From the sequence record OR352941.1: a stretch of 64,000 bases of DNA; one strand, 5' to 3'. The notes under the pieces were generated by a model. The model ran no database searches, had not been told where the DNA came from, and worked only from the letters and a program-made list of their open reading frames with translations. The position numbers and the translations under genes are program-made. Shown here piece by piece: positions 54,637-63,984 of this stretch (its first letter is position 1; every line of letters begins with the position of its first letter). The DNA comes from Escherichia phage AV111.

Positions 54637-56450
54637 TGGTGTTTAACCCTATGCATGATTTCTTTATTTTTGCCGAGATTAAATCCGCGTTCGTTCGGGT
54701 TTCCCAAATAACCGCATGTTCTTCTTATGGTGTTCATCTTTTTAGGATCAGTTTCTCCGCAAACTGAACAAACAAATCCGTTTTCAGTAGGAGTCATTTC
54801 ATGGGTACTTCCACATGTAAAACATTTATCTACTGGCATATTAACACCAAAATAATCTAAATGTTGTGCAGCATAATCCCACACGGCCTCAAGTCCTTTT
54901 AAGTTATTTTTCATATCAGGAAGTTCAACATAAGAAATGTGACCACCTGTCGCAATGAAATGATATGGCGCTTCACGAGAAATCTTTTCAAACGGAGTAA
55001 TATTTTCTTCTACTGAAACGTGGAAACTGTTAGTGTACCAGCCTTTATCGGTAACATCTTTTACACTTCCATATTTTTCTGTATCGAGTTTACAGAAGCG
55101 ATAACAAAGGTTTTCAGCAGGAGTAGAATACAAACTAAAAGCAAAACCAGTTCTTTCAGTCCACTGCTTAAGATGAGCATTCATTTTAGTTAAAATTTCT
55201 TGCCCAATATCACGGCCGACAAGAATATTCAATTCGTGAATACCAATGTATCCTAAAGACACTGAACTTCTACCGTTTTTAAATAACTCAATTATGTCGT
55301 CATCAGGTTTAAGACGAACCCCGAATGCACCTTCTTGGTAAAGAATAGGAGCTACAGTTGCTTTAACTCCTTTTAAGGAACTAATTCTACACATCAAAGC
55401 TTCAAAACACAGGTCCATTCGTTCGTTAAATAGCTCAACAAATTTCTGTTCATTGAACTGTGTTCCAATATAAGAATCTAACGCAATACGAGGAAGATTC
55501 AGTGTTACAACACCAAGATTATTACGTCCATCAAGAATTTCATTACCAGTCGAATCTTTCCATACGCTCAAGAAACTACGGCAACCCATTGGAGAAACTG
55601 GAACTGAAGAACCGGTAATAGCTTTATTATTCTTAACCGAAATAATGTCAGGATACATTCTTTTGCTTGCACATTCTAACGCAAGTTGTTTAATATCATA
55701 GTTTGGATCATCTTTATAAAGATTAACACCTTCTTCAACAAACATAACAAGTTTAGGAAAAATAGGAGTTATTCCATCACGACCAAGACCTTTAATGCGG
55801 TTTTTAAGAATTGCCTTCTGAATCATTCGTTCAGTCCAATCGGTTCCCGTACCAAATGTAATTGTTACAAAAGGAGTTTGTCCGTTTGAACTAAAGAGAG
55901 TGTTTACTTCATATTCATAAGCTTGGAATGCATCGTATACGTCTTTTTCTGTTTTAGATTGAGCATAATTCAACGCGTCAGCGATTTGCCATTTTTCTGC
56001 ATCTTCAACATGTTTAGCGTATGTACGTTTAACATAAGGAGAAAGAACTTTATCGACATTCGCAAAAGTCGTTCCGCCGTATTGGTGTGAAGCAACTTGT
56101 GCAGTAATTTGTGCCATAATTGCAGTAGCAACACCAATCGATTTAGGCGTTTCAATTTGAGCATTGCCTAATTTAAATCCGTTCTCAAGCATCCCTTTTA
56201 AATCTACTAAACAACAATTAGTAAAAGGCAATGATATACTGTAATCTAAATCATGAAAATGAATTAACCCGGCATTATGAGCATTTACAATATGGCTTGG
56301 AAGAATACTGCAAGCGATATGTTTAGAAACAATACCGGCCATTAAATCTCTTTTTGTTGGAAAGACACGAGAATCTTTGTTGGCGTTTTCGGTATTTAAT
56401 TCTTTATCTTTATTTGAAATAAAATTTAAAACATCTTTCTCTAAAGACAT
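54633..56450 (-). CDS. nrdD: anaerobic ribonucleoside-triphosphate reductase NrdD
   Basis: 605 aa; C-terminal glycyl-radical motif RTCGYLG; uninterrupted ORF. Confidence 0.95.
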   Translation of the reverse strand: MSLEKDVLNFISNKDKELNTENANKDSRVFPTKRDLMAGIVSKHIACSILPSHIVNAHNAGLIHFHDLDYSISLPFTNCCLVDLKGMLENGFKLGNAQIETPKSIGVATAIMAQITAQVASHQYGGTTFANVDKVLSPYVKRTYAKHVEDAEKWQIADALNYAQSKTEKDVYDAFQAYEYEVNTLFSSNGQTPFVTITFGTGTDWTERMIQKAILKNRIKGLGRDGITPIFPKLVMFVEEGVNLYKDDPNYDIKQLALECASKRMYPDIISVKNNKAITGSSVPVSPMGCRSFLSVWKDSTGNEILDGRNNLGVVTLNLPRIALDSYIGTQFNEQKFVELFNERMDLCFEALMCRISSLKGVKATVAPILYQEGAFGVRLKPDDDIIELFKNGRSSVSLGYIGIHELNILVGRDIGQEILTKMNAHLKQWTERTGFAFSLYSTPAENLCYRFCKLDTEKYGSVKDVTDKGWYTNSFHVSVEENITPFEKISREAPYHFIATGGHISYVELPDMKNNLKGLEAVWDYAAQHLDYFGVNMPVDKCFTCGSTHEMTPTENGFVCSVCGETDPKKMNTIRRTCGYLGNPNERGFNLGKNKEIMHRVKHQ

Positions 56451-57262
56451 AATTCTAATTTATCCTTTTGAAATTCTTCGTCTAAATATGGGTTCCAACC
56501 CATTTTAAACCTTTTGATGAAATTATCAATTCTAAATTTCGGTAAGTTTAAATCCGCAAAAATAGATGATTTACTTTTAAAATCTGGACCTAAATAATCA
56601 TATAAAATTTCTGCGTATTTTAACCATAATATATAAGTACCAGATTTAATTGCTCTCGGAGTTTTCCAAGGTTTTACACCATACATCGGATTTCCACTTC
56701 CTTTATGCCTGATAGAAGATGAAATTCCAATTTTAATTTTAGCTTCCTCTGTATGCGAAAATCCATGATGTGGATTTTCTTTCCAGTATTTTTTAGAAGC
56801 TTCTGATATTTTCTTTCTGGCTAAATTAGTATGATGCTTTCCATAAAATCCATGATTTTTACCTTTATTACGATTTCTTTTAATCATGGTTATTGATTGC
56901 TTTTTTCTAGTTTCTTTAGAAGGAGAAACACCATACGTTGTAAATTGACCATTAGCATATGCTAAATTAAAATACTCTTTATTCCATATATCTTTTTCTA
57001 TATTCTTTTGAAATTCAGCTTCAATGCTAGTTATTTGCTCATCTCCGACTAATTGAAAATATAATATTTCAACTTTCGGCGTTTCTTTCAACAGGGCTTT
57101 TTGAAATTCGGAAGATGACGAAGACGAATAATAAAATTTACCATTTTTATCAATAATATTCGTTCCGTCAAAAGTGCAATTAGTTTTACTTCCAATGTAA
57201 TAATATGGCGGGGTTTTAGCATTAATTCTATTAATAAATGATAGTTTATATACTACATTCAT
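56441..57262 (-). CDS. Seg-like GIY-YIG homing endonuclease
   Basis: YYYIGSK...NGKFYY N-terminal motif, NUMOD-like repeats; ATGA overlap with gene 49 stop and overlap with nrdD start. Confidence 0.7.
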   Translation of the reverse strand: MNVVYKLSFINRINAKTPPYYYIGSKTNCTFDGTNIIDKNGKFYYSSSSSSEFQKALLKETPKVEILYFQLVGDEQITSIEAEFQKNIEKDIWNKEYFNLAYANGQFTTYGVSPSKETRKKQSITMIKRNRNKGKNHGFYGKHHTNLARKKISEASKKYWKENPHHGFSHTEEAKIKIGISSSIRHKGSGNPMYGVKPWKTPRAIKSGTYILWLKYAEILYDYLGPDFKSKSSIFADLNLPKFRIDNFIKRFKMGWNPYLDEEFQKDKLELCL

Positions 57263-57732
57263 TTTAAACTCTTTCTAAGCTGCTTTTTGAATGAAGCTAT
57301 TAATTGTGTTTTAGTATCAGATTCATTATATTCAAATCCTCTTTGAAGCATCTCAGCCATCATTTCCTCTTTGCCTAGTCTTGAGAACTCTTTAGTTTTG
57401 TCTGGAACAAAATTAGGATGGATATTATTATCAGAATAATCTTGTTTCAAATAAGCAAGAAGAGCTTCAAGCCATTCGAGGTAGTCAACATCACGTCCTT
57501 TAAGACCGGAACGATTGAACTTATGCTTCATTTGGCCTTCTGCTGCGTTGCACAGAGAACAGAGTAACCCACGAACTCTACCGGCTTTTGGCCCGTTTAA
57601 TTCGTGGTCGTGGTCAAGATGGTTACCTTGAACATCAGGGTCTAATTCACGGTGGCAAATAGGACACTTACCATTCTGTGCATCATAAAATTTTTGTTTT
57701 TCTTCTTTGTATAATTTGCCAGATAATAACAT
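57259..57732 (-). CDS. 49: endonuclease VII gp49 (Holliday junction resolvase)
   Basis: 157 aa; near-identical to T4 gp49 as recalled. Confidence 0.95.
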   Translation of the reverse strand: MLLSGKLYKEEKQKFYDAQNGKCPICHRELDPDVQGNHLDHDHELNGPKAGRVRGLLCSLCNAAEGQMKHKFNRSGLKGRDVDYLEWLEALLAYLKQDYSDNNIHPNFVPDKTKEFSRLGKEEMMAEMLQRGFEYNESDTKTQLIASFKKQLRKSLK

Positions 57733-57762
57733 AATAAACCCTTACCATATATAAGATAAGGG

Positions 57763-57770
57763 TATTTATA
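57763..57770 (-). promoter_or_regulatory. late promoter TATAAATA (minus strand) about 31 nt upstream of the gene 49 ATG
   Basis: exact late consensus octamer. Confidence 0.55.
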
Positions 57771-57772
57771 AT

Positions 57773-57952
57773 TTAGTAAACGTTATAAAAGTCTCGATGA
57801 AAACGTTTATACTGTCGAATCATTCTTTTAGTAGGACGTGTTACCGAAATGATTGAAGTCCTCATGTTCGGATTGTTTGGAGCCCCAATCATAATAAATT
57901 TCCAGGATTTTTGGCCGTTTGTTCTTTCGCCATAAAATAGTTCAGTTTTCAT
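57773..57952 (-). CDS. small basic protein, RPTKRQ-tail family (59 aa)
   Basis: C-terminal VTRPTKRMIRQYKRFHRDFY; below ORF-track cutoff. Confidence 0.4.
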   Translation of the reverse strand: MKTELFYGERTNGQKSWKFIMIGAPNNPNMRTSIISVTRPTKRMIRQYKRFHRDFYNVY

Positions 57953-57961
57953 AATAAACCT

Positions 57962-58375
57962 TTAACTTAAACGTCTTTCTAAATATTCAATGTATTCCGC
58001 TGCGGCTTGCATCAGATTACCTTCATAACCGTCATTATTTTCTTGGGCGGCTAATTTAGCTAAAGCATAAGAAATACGTTCACCTTCGAATTCGCCAAGT
58101 CCACCATCACAAACTACTTGGTCAATTTCTTCGAGTTCATCTATTGAATGGGATTCCCAGAAGCACCAAAGAGAAGTATCACGGTCATAGATGCAAAGTT
58201 TCTCACCTGTGTTCAACATCACTTCAATAATGCCATGGTCGCCATAACCATCTTCGGTAGTAGTGCCAATTACCTTGATGATTGTTCCTTTCTTTAATTC
58301 AGGAAACTTATCTTGGAGTTCTTCGTCATCTTTAACAATCTTGAACCACTTACCACGTGTGTCAGAAATATTCAT
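57962..58375 (-). CDS. hypothetical protein (137 aa)
   Basis: ATG at 58375 with GAGGA RBS; track ORF over-extended. Confidence 0.5.
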   Translation of the reverse strand: MNISDTRGKWFKIVKDDEELQDKFPELKKGTIIKVIGTTTEDGYGDHGIIEVMLNTGEKLCIYDRDTSLWCFWESHSIDELEEIDQVVCDGGLGEFEGERISYALAKLAAQENNDGYEGNLMQAAAEYIEYLERRLS

Positions 58376-58376
58376 A

Positions 58377-58547
58377 TCAATATCCTCTATAAAAGTTGCG
58401 ATGCGTGCGTTTCGCTTTGCGAAGCTGACGTTTAGTTGGTCGAACCGTAAATGGTCGTCCGGAGAAAAAATTCGGATCGGTTTTAATAAGCAAATACCAA
58501 TCATGCTTGCCATTTTTTAATAAACGGTACAATAATTTAACTTGCAT
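58377..58547 (-). CDS. small basic protein, RPTKRQ-tail family (56 aa)
   Basis: ATG at 58547; C-terminal TVRPTKRQLRKAKRTHRNFY. Confidence 0.4.
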   Translation of the reverse strand: MQVKLLYRLLKNGKHDWYLLIKTDPNFFSGRPFTVRPTKRQLRKAKRTHRNFYRGY

Positions 58548-58675
58548 AATAATCTCTTCCCATCTCCATATCAATTAATTCATTTATTGAAGGTTCATCA
58601 TAACACGTTTCTTCGTCGTTGTAAACTGTTTCGACGTCTGGCTCGACTGTCTCCCATCGAGCCGAATACCATGGC

Positions 58676-59032
58676 TTAACCCCGGAGTTTATTGAGCTCT
58701 TCATAATCAATCCAGGATTCTAGCCCTGACGGCAGGTCACATTCAATGTTCCACAGAAGCTCTTCAATGGCTTGCAGGCGATTATATTCTTCAACGGTAA
58801 TGGTAACCATTGGTGCAACCGGTTCTGCCTTTTTAACCATCATGTCGTTCATCAGGACGTAAAGGTCATCACGAACGACAGTGTCGTTCCATCCCCATGA
58901 TTTGGCTTCGTAAGCTAATGATGAAGGGAGCACATTTAAAACTTCAATAATAGTTGGAGCATCAGGACCAAGTTCATTGGCACAAACTTCGTATACATCT
59001 TGGAAATCTTTAAGATTTAATGAATATGTCAT
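58676..59032 (-). CDS. hypothetical protein (118 aa)
   Basis: ORF in track. Confidence 0.5.
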   Translation of the reverse strand: MTYSLNLKDFQDVYEVCANELGPDAPTIIEVLNVLPSSLAYEAKSWGWNDTVVRDDLYVLMNDMMVKKAEPVAPMVTITVEEYNRLQAIEELLWNIECDLPSGLESWIDYEELNKLRG

Positions 59033-59050
59033 TTAAAATTTTCTCGCAGG

Positions 59051-59347
59051 TTATTGTTCTACCCATGAACAAGAGACTTCAAAATCAGGACCACCGTATT
59101 CCCAGTGATATTCACCAACAGGAATCCAGTCACCGTGCTCGTTTTCTTCATAGTCCTCAGGCTCAAGGCCAACGAATCGCCATTGGACACCGATGATTCG
59201 ATTACCCATCATTACTCGAAATTCGCCCCATGGATTATCGATAGCATACTGAATATCGTTCTTGGCACGAGAGCACATTTCTTGATATAATAAAGCTTCT
59301 AATTCACCCTGGTCATAAGGGCCAGGGAAAGTTAAATCAATACTCAT
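59051..59347 (-). CDS. hypothetical protein (98 aa)
   Basis: ORF in track. Confidence 0.5.
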   Translation of the reverse strand: MSIDLTFPGPYDQGELEALLYQEMCSRAKNDIQYAIDNPWGEFRVMMGNRIIGVQWRFVGLEPEDYEENEHGDWIPVGEYHWEYGGPDFEVSCSWVEQ

Positions 59348-59607
59348 TTAAAATATTCTCGCAGTTGATCAAATCCGCCAATGTGACTTCCGTCAGGAGC
59401 AAACACTTGAGGCATAGTCAATCCAACTTGTGATTCACGTCCAAGCTTAACCAGAAGCTCAGTAATTTTCTCATCATCGAACACACCTTTTTCTGGCATA
59501 ACATTAATGAATTCGAATGGCTGTTTCTTAACAGTCAGCAATCGTTTCGCATTATCACAATAAATGCATTTATGAATAGTAGAGTCATAACCGTACACTT
59601 TAAACAT
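59344..59607 (-). CDS. nrdC: thioredoxin/glutaredoxin NrdC
   Basis: ATG at 59607 with AAAGGA RBS; MFKVYGYDSTIHKCIYCDNAKRLL matches T4 NrdC as recalled. Confidence 0.9.
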   Translation of the reverse strand: MFKVYGYDSTIHKCIYCDNAKRLLTVKKQPFEFINVMPEKGVFDDEKITELLVKLGRESQVGLTMPQVFAPDGSHIGGFDQLREYFK

Positions 59608-60013
59608 TATTTTTCCTTTCATCGATTAAATATGCAACACCAAATACAATACATGTAATAAAACCTGTGATACCGATAGAGAACATCAACACTGTACCAA
59701 AGAACCAAATCAAGTTATCTTTGGTAGTTTGTTTGATATCCATCTCACGAATTTCTATAGCTATCGTATCACCTTTATTCAGAAGCGTATAAAACGATGG
59801 CGATACACGCCTGTCAAAAACTCGTCCTTGTTCATCTTTATAAACTGCAATAAATTCCAGTTTAGAATATTTTCCTGTAGATTGGCCTGAGATTAATTCT
59901 ACTACCTCCACAGGAATTACTTTAGTTTCCATGTAAGTATTCTGGCTGTTCCAAATGAATGGAATGATGGCAAAAACTAAAGCTGCAATAAAACAACGAA
60001 GGCTATATCTCAT
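59600..60013 (-). CDS. membrane protein (137 aa)
   Basis: two hydrophobic segments. Confidence 0.5.
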   Translation of the reverse strand: MRYSLRCFIAALVFAIIPFIWNSQNTYMETKVIPVEVVELISGQSTGKYSKLEFIAVYKDEQGRVFDRRVSPSFYTLLNKGDTIAIEIREMDIKQTTKDNLIWFFGTVLMFSIGITGFITCIVFGVAYLIDERKNNV

Positions 60014-60318
60014 TATAATGTTCTCTCAAATTTGTGGAAGCATTTACGGCATTTCAATTTCAAGTTATCAGTGGTCCAGTTAACCAGTTGGACTTGGATA
60101 GTTCCACATTCCGGGCATGGATGTTTTGCTGCCGATTTGGCAGCATTTTCACGTCGTTCAACCATTTTCATTATTTCGTTCCATGCCGGAGGAACGAACT
60201 CTTCTTCACCGTGGATTTTATCTCGCTGAACAAATTCAATCTTTGAACTATCGTCAATAAACTTAACCAAGCCATGATTAGTGCTCATATCAATATCCTC
60301 TAAAAGACGTAGTTTCAT
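60013..60318 (-). CDS. zinc-ribbon protein (101 aa)
   Basis: CPECG...CRKC cysteine pairs. Confidence 0.5.
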   Translation of the reverse strand: MKLRLLEDIDMSTNHGLVKFIDDSSKIEFVQRDKIHGEEEFVPPAWNEIMKMVERRENAAKSAAKHPCPECGTIQVQLVNWTTDNLKLKCRKCFHKFERTL

Positions 60319-61268
60319 TATAACACCTCAATGGCATTTCGTAAACCGTCCGCTTTCGCATTCAGAGCTTTTAACGATTTAGTTTGTTCTGCAATCTGGG
60401 CTTCGACTTCTTTCAGACGAGATTTGAGGTACTCACGTTCTTCGCTCAAGTTGTCAACTTTTTCTACTTTAGGTTCTTTAATAGTCTTAAGTTTATACTC
60501 GTTAGGGTTCTTCAACTTAATTCGGGTACGAGAACTATATAACATTGAACCGTTATCTTCGGATTCGTCGAACGTTTCAACAACATCCATAGTCTCTAAC
60601 AATGTAATAAGTTTATAAGACAACGAACGAATAGTTTTGTTGTGCTTATTAATTTCTTCGGCTTTCATAGTACCGAGATTACGTGAGTAGTAATAAGGAA
60701 CCTGGATATCAATTGACAATGATGCGTTACCATTACCAGTTGGTTTGAATACTGCAGTAACCCAATCTTTAACATGAACTTTATTTGTACGGCCATCACC
60801 GCCAGTGAATAATTTACGAGAATGTTTAAAAAGCATATTCACTTGTTTATTGAATTCACAAGCAAATTTATCAGCAAATTTAGTTTCAGGAATGGTAGAT
60901 AACCAATCAGCCAAATGAGTCTTTTTAACATCATTAACAATAGTGAATTCAACCAAATCGGTTTTAGATGTCACAGATTTAATAAAGCTCGGTTTCATAA
61001 AGTTTTTAATGTTATCGCGAGCTACAGTAGAAGATAATAAACGAGAACGTTTGAACCATTGAAGCAGCGTCCCTAGTGAATGAGAATATGCATTTTGAGT
61101 ATCTTTACAGATATGATTTTCTTGGCCTGTGTATGTACCAAAATCGCGAAGAATACCACTTACTACATCTCGGTGTGGAACATCAAATCCTAGTGCACCA
61201 ACAGCGCGCTGGGCACGAACGTTAGCGATAAGACCGGCAAAGTATTCAATGTAATGTGAACGTGTCAT
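60318..61268 (-). CDS. hypothetical protein with C-terminal coiled coil (316 aa)
   Basis: ORF in track; own promoter carrying the shared palindrome. Confidence 0.5.
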   Translation of the reverse strand: MTRSHYIEYFAGLIANVRAQRAVGALGFDVPHRDVVSGILRDFGTYTGQENHICKDTQNAYSHSLGTLLQWFKRSRLLSSTVARDNIKNFMKPSFIKSVTSKTDLVEFTIVNDVKKTHLADWLSTIPETKFADKFACEFNKQVNMLFKHSRKLFTGGDGRTNKVHVKDWVTAVFKPTGNGNASLSIDIQVPYYYSRNLGTMKAEEINKHNKTIRSLSYKLITLLETMDVVETFDESEDNGSMLYSSRTRIKLKNPNEYKLKTIKEPKVEKVDNLSEEREYLKSRLKEVEAQIAEQTKSLKALNAKADGLRNAIEVL

Positions 61269-61296
61269 AATATTTTCCTCTCGTTAAGATAGATTC

Positions 61297-61326
61297 ATTA
61301 TACTCCAACCATCCTTGGTTGTAAAC
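61297..61326 (-). promoter_or_regulatory. promoter (-35 GTTTAC, 18 nt, -10 TATAAT) with spacer palindrome CAACCA-TCCT-TGGTTG
   Basis: read from sequence. Confidence 0.55.
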
Positions 61327-61330
61327 CGTT

Positions 61331-62287
61331 TTATGATTTTAATGCATTCATTGCGTTAAAAAGTTTAGAATACTGCAACTGGAGATTCGTTACAACACTT
61401 TGAGCATCACGAAGCTTAGCTTGTGCTTTGTCAAGTTCAACGGACAGTTGGTCTACAGTAGCCTTGATTTGGTTGTAATAATAATCTTCGGCCGGAAGAA
61501 GGTCATTAGAAACATTTAGTTTTACTGCCGACAGTTTGCACACATTTGGCAAACCTTTAAACATATCGGGTTGTGCCGGAGAATATGCGCTTAGAACCTC
61601 TGCATTACCGACTGGTGTTGCTGTGATATTGCCTTCGAACGTTGCATTTTCCTTTTTAAGATTTTGATAGTATTCAGAGTCTTTGTGCCACCATGGCGCA
61701 GGAACCTTTTTACCAATAGATACACGAGCCTGGATAGCGATATGGCCCTTATTCTTGATAATGTCGATAATATTAAGCTCACGAGAATAAATCGCTTTAA
61801 TCTGGTGGATATTATCACCTAAAACTTCCAACGCTTGGTGGAATACACGAGCAACGTTATCATTCTTAGGTTTATACGTAAGAGTGAACTCATTCTCACT
61901 GATAACCATGATTTCCAACTTATCGTAAGTATATTTCAAATGTTTCATGTTAATTGCTTGAGGACGAATACGAGAAGCAATGGCCATCAAATTGTTAAGG
62001 TTATTTCTGAACTGTTTAGCAAAATATTGTCCGGTGCCGCCGATACAAAAATTACGAAGTTTCTGTTTGGCTAATAAACGGCTGAACTCACCATTTTTAA
62101 TGAACTCTTTAACGGGTGTGTTGGTAACGCATTCAAATTGAGTAAACTTACGAGAAGTAATCCCATAATATGAACAGATTTCCTCAATCTCTTCAGGAGT
62201 CTTTACAGGCATACGGATAGGATTAGGTCCTGGAGTATATGCGTTCGAGGTAAATTCTTTAATAAGTTCTCTACGTGTAATAGCCAT
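61331..62287 (-). CDS. hypothetical protein with C-terminal coiled coil (318 aa)
   Basis: ORF in track; own promoter carrying the shared palindrome. Confidence 0.5.
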   Translation of the reverse strand: MAITRRELIKEFTSNAYTPGPNPIRMPVKTPEEIEEICSYYGITSRKFTQFECVTNTPVKEFIKNGEFSRLLAKQKLRNFCIGGTGQYFAKQFRNNLNNLMAIASRIRPQAINMKHLKYTYDKLEIMVISENEFTLTYKPKNDNVARVFHQALEVLGDNIHQIKAIYSRELNIIDIIKNKGHIAIQARVSIGKKVPAPWWHKDSEYYQNLKKENATFEGNITATPVGNAEVLSAYSPAQPDMFKGLPNVCKLSAVKLNVSNDLLPAEDYYYNQIKATVDQLSVELDKAQAKLRDAQSVVTNLQLQYSKLFNAMNALKS

Positions 62288-62313
62288 TTTATATTCCTCA
62301 TGTTGAAAAATTT

Positions 62314-62342
62314 ATTATACTCCAACCATCCTTGGTTGTACA
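62314..62342 (-). promoter_or_regulatory. promoter (-35 TGTACA, 17 nt, -10 TATAAT) with the same spacer palindrome CAACCATCCTTGGTTG
   Basis: read from sequence. Confidence 0.55.
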
Positions 62343-63338
62343 TCATTCCTTAAGAAGTTTTACTACCTGAATAAGATTAGCTCGTTCTGTTTTATTTTTA
62401 CCGTTTAAGCCTGCTAATCGTGAGATTTCATCGTCAGTCTGCTGAATAGTTACATTAAGTTCGTTAATCAAAGCTTCAAAGTATTTGATTTGCTCAGCAT
62501 GTTTTGATTCAAATTTCTGAACCGGAATAACGTCTTGGTTTAGTTCATCAATAAGGTCTTTAAGAGCATCTTCTTGGTTGATATCATATTCAACTTCTTT
62601 TATTTCTTCAACGAGCTCGTCTTTATATCTAACGTCTTTTAGTCCTGGTGCGGGTCCCGAAATCTCTTCTTTAAGAGTACAAACATATCCAATACGATAT
62701 CCAATGCCATCTCGCTTGATATCAACTTCGTCGATAAATCCACAATGTTTAAGTCCAGAGCCGATTATGTCAAAATATCCTTGACGTCGCCCTTCAAACG
62801 TTACACGAACTACTAAGACGGTTTTACCTGCAACCTTTTGAAGCTCACATTTATAAAAGTCAGTTGAACCTGAATAACGTGGATGAGTTTTAAAGTTCAT
62901 CTGACGATCTAGGCCCATTTGTAAACGTGCTGATACAGCCAGAAAACGTGTTTGGTTCTCGTTAAGATGAGCAACAATCTGTTTCAAAGGCATTTTACCC
63001 TGTTCACGACCGAACAAATCGGTACGTCCTAAATTACGCAGGATATTGTTAGAGTTAATCATCGACAGAACGTTAAGTTTATTCAGCGCGCTGAAGATTC
63101 CATCAGCCATTGATTTTCCATAACCTTTACACGCTTTAATAAGTGCTCGCGGCAGATTAGTATAAATTTCAGACGGCATATGAAAATCAAATTTTCTAAC
63201 CAATAATTGATGAACTTGGATAGCAATTTGCTCATAATTAAGTGCTCTGCGATCGTTATGGTCTTTAAACCACACTTTAATCTGTGAAGCACATAAACCG
63301 TTAATTTCATGTTTTACCGCATCAGATGTAATGCTCAT
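62343..63338 (-). CDS. hypothetical protein with C-terminal coiled coil (331 aa)
   Basis: ORF in track. Confidence 0.5.
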   Translation of the reverse strand: MSITSDAVKHEINGLCASQIKVWFKDHNDRRALNYEQIAIQVHQLLVRKFDFHMPSEIYTNLPRALIKACKGYGKSMADGIFSALNKLNVLSMINSNNILRNLGRTDLFGREQGKMPLKQIVAHLNENQTRFLAVSARLQMGLDRQMNFKTHPRYSGSTDFYKCELQKVAGKTVLVVRVTFEGRRQGYFDIIGSGLKHCGFIDEVDIKRDGIGYRIGYVCTLKEEISGPAPGLKDVRYKDELVEEIKEVEYDINQEDALKDLIDELNQDVIPVQKFESKHAEQIKYFEALINELNVTIQQTDDEISRLAGLNGKNKTERANLIQVVKLLKE

Positions 63339-63373
63339 AACTATTTCCTCAGATTGAATTGGAACTCAAAACC

Positions 63374-63397
63374 ATTATAACCCGTCCTTGGGTAAAG
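63374..63397 (-). promoter_or_regulatory. TATAAT -10 preceded by degenerate palindrome ACCC-AAGGAC-GGGT; no clear -35
   Basis: read from sequence. Confidence 0.35.
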
Positions 63398-63400
63398 CGT

Positions 63401-63928
63401 TTATGCGTGAACCGTCTTTAAACGTTCTTCAAATTTCCGAAGAGTACTAATACGTTCTGCTTTCTGTTTTGTATAGTTTGCAATACGTTCTGAAGTGAGA
63501 GCGTATCGTTCGTTTACTGTTTCTTTCATGAAGTCAGGGATTTCACGAGAAGCTTTAATTTCATCAAACTTATCGAGTACCGCCTGGTCTTCAGCGATTA
63601 AATTTTCGTACATCTCGATATCTTTCTTGATAAACTCGATATCTTCCTGGGTTACTTTGGATAAACGAGATGCTTTATCCTTTTTGTACTGATCGTTAGT
63701 TTCACGAGACCAGAATAATGTACGTTTTTTGTTAGTGTTTTTGTAGACTTCCACAATTCCAACTGAATCGATGATAGCAATCCAATTCCAGCGAGATTTG
63801 AAAATCTGACCTCCGTCCACGGTAATCTCGTTACCATAAGCAATGTCATTAAAGAACTTACTTTGTGCTTCAGATTTAAATTTACCGTCGTTATAATTTA
63901 CCAGGTTGAAAATATCTTTAGCGTTCAT
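63401..63928 (-). CDS. hypothetical protein (175 aa)
   Basis: ATG start, GGAGG RBS. Confidence 0.5.
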   Translation of the reverse strand: MNAKDIFNLVNYNDGKFKSEAQSKFFNDIAYGNEITVDGGQIFKSRWNWIAIIDSVGIVEVYKNTNKKRTLFWSRETNDQYKKDKASRLSKVTQEDIEFIKKDIEMYENLIAEDQAVLDKFDEIKASREIPDFMKETVNERYALTSERIANYTKQKAERISTLRKFEERLKTVHA

Positions 63929-63955
63929 GTTTTACCTCCAGTAGTTGATAGGTCT

Positions 63956-63984
63956 ATAATAACATAACCATAGACCTTGTAAAC
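63956..63984 (-). promoter_or_regulatory. early promoter (-35 GTTTAC, 17 nt, TGnTATTAT) with AGGTCTAT/ATAGACCT repeat
   Basis: read from sequence. Confidence 0.5.
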
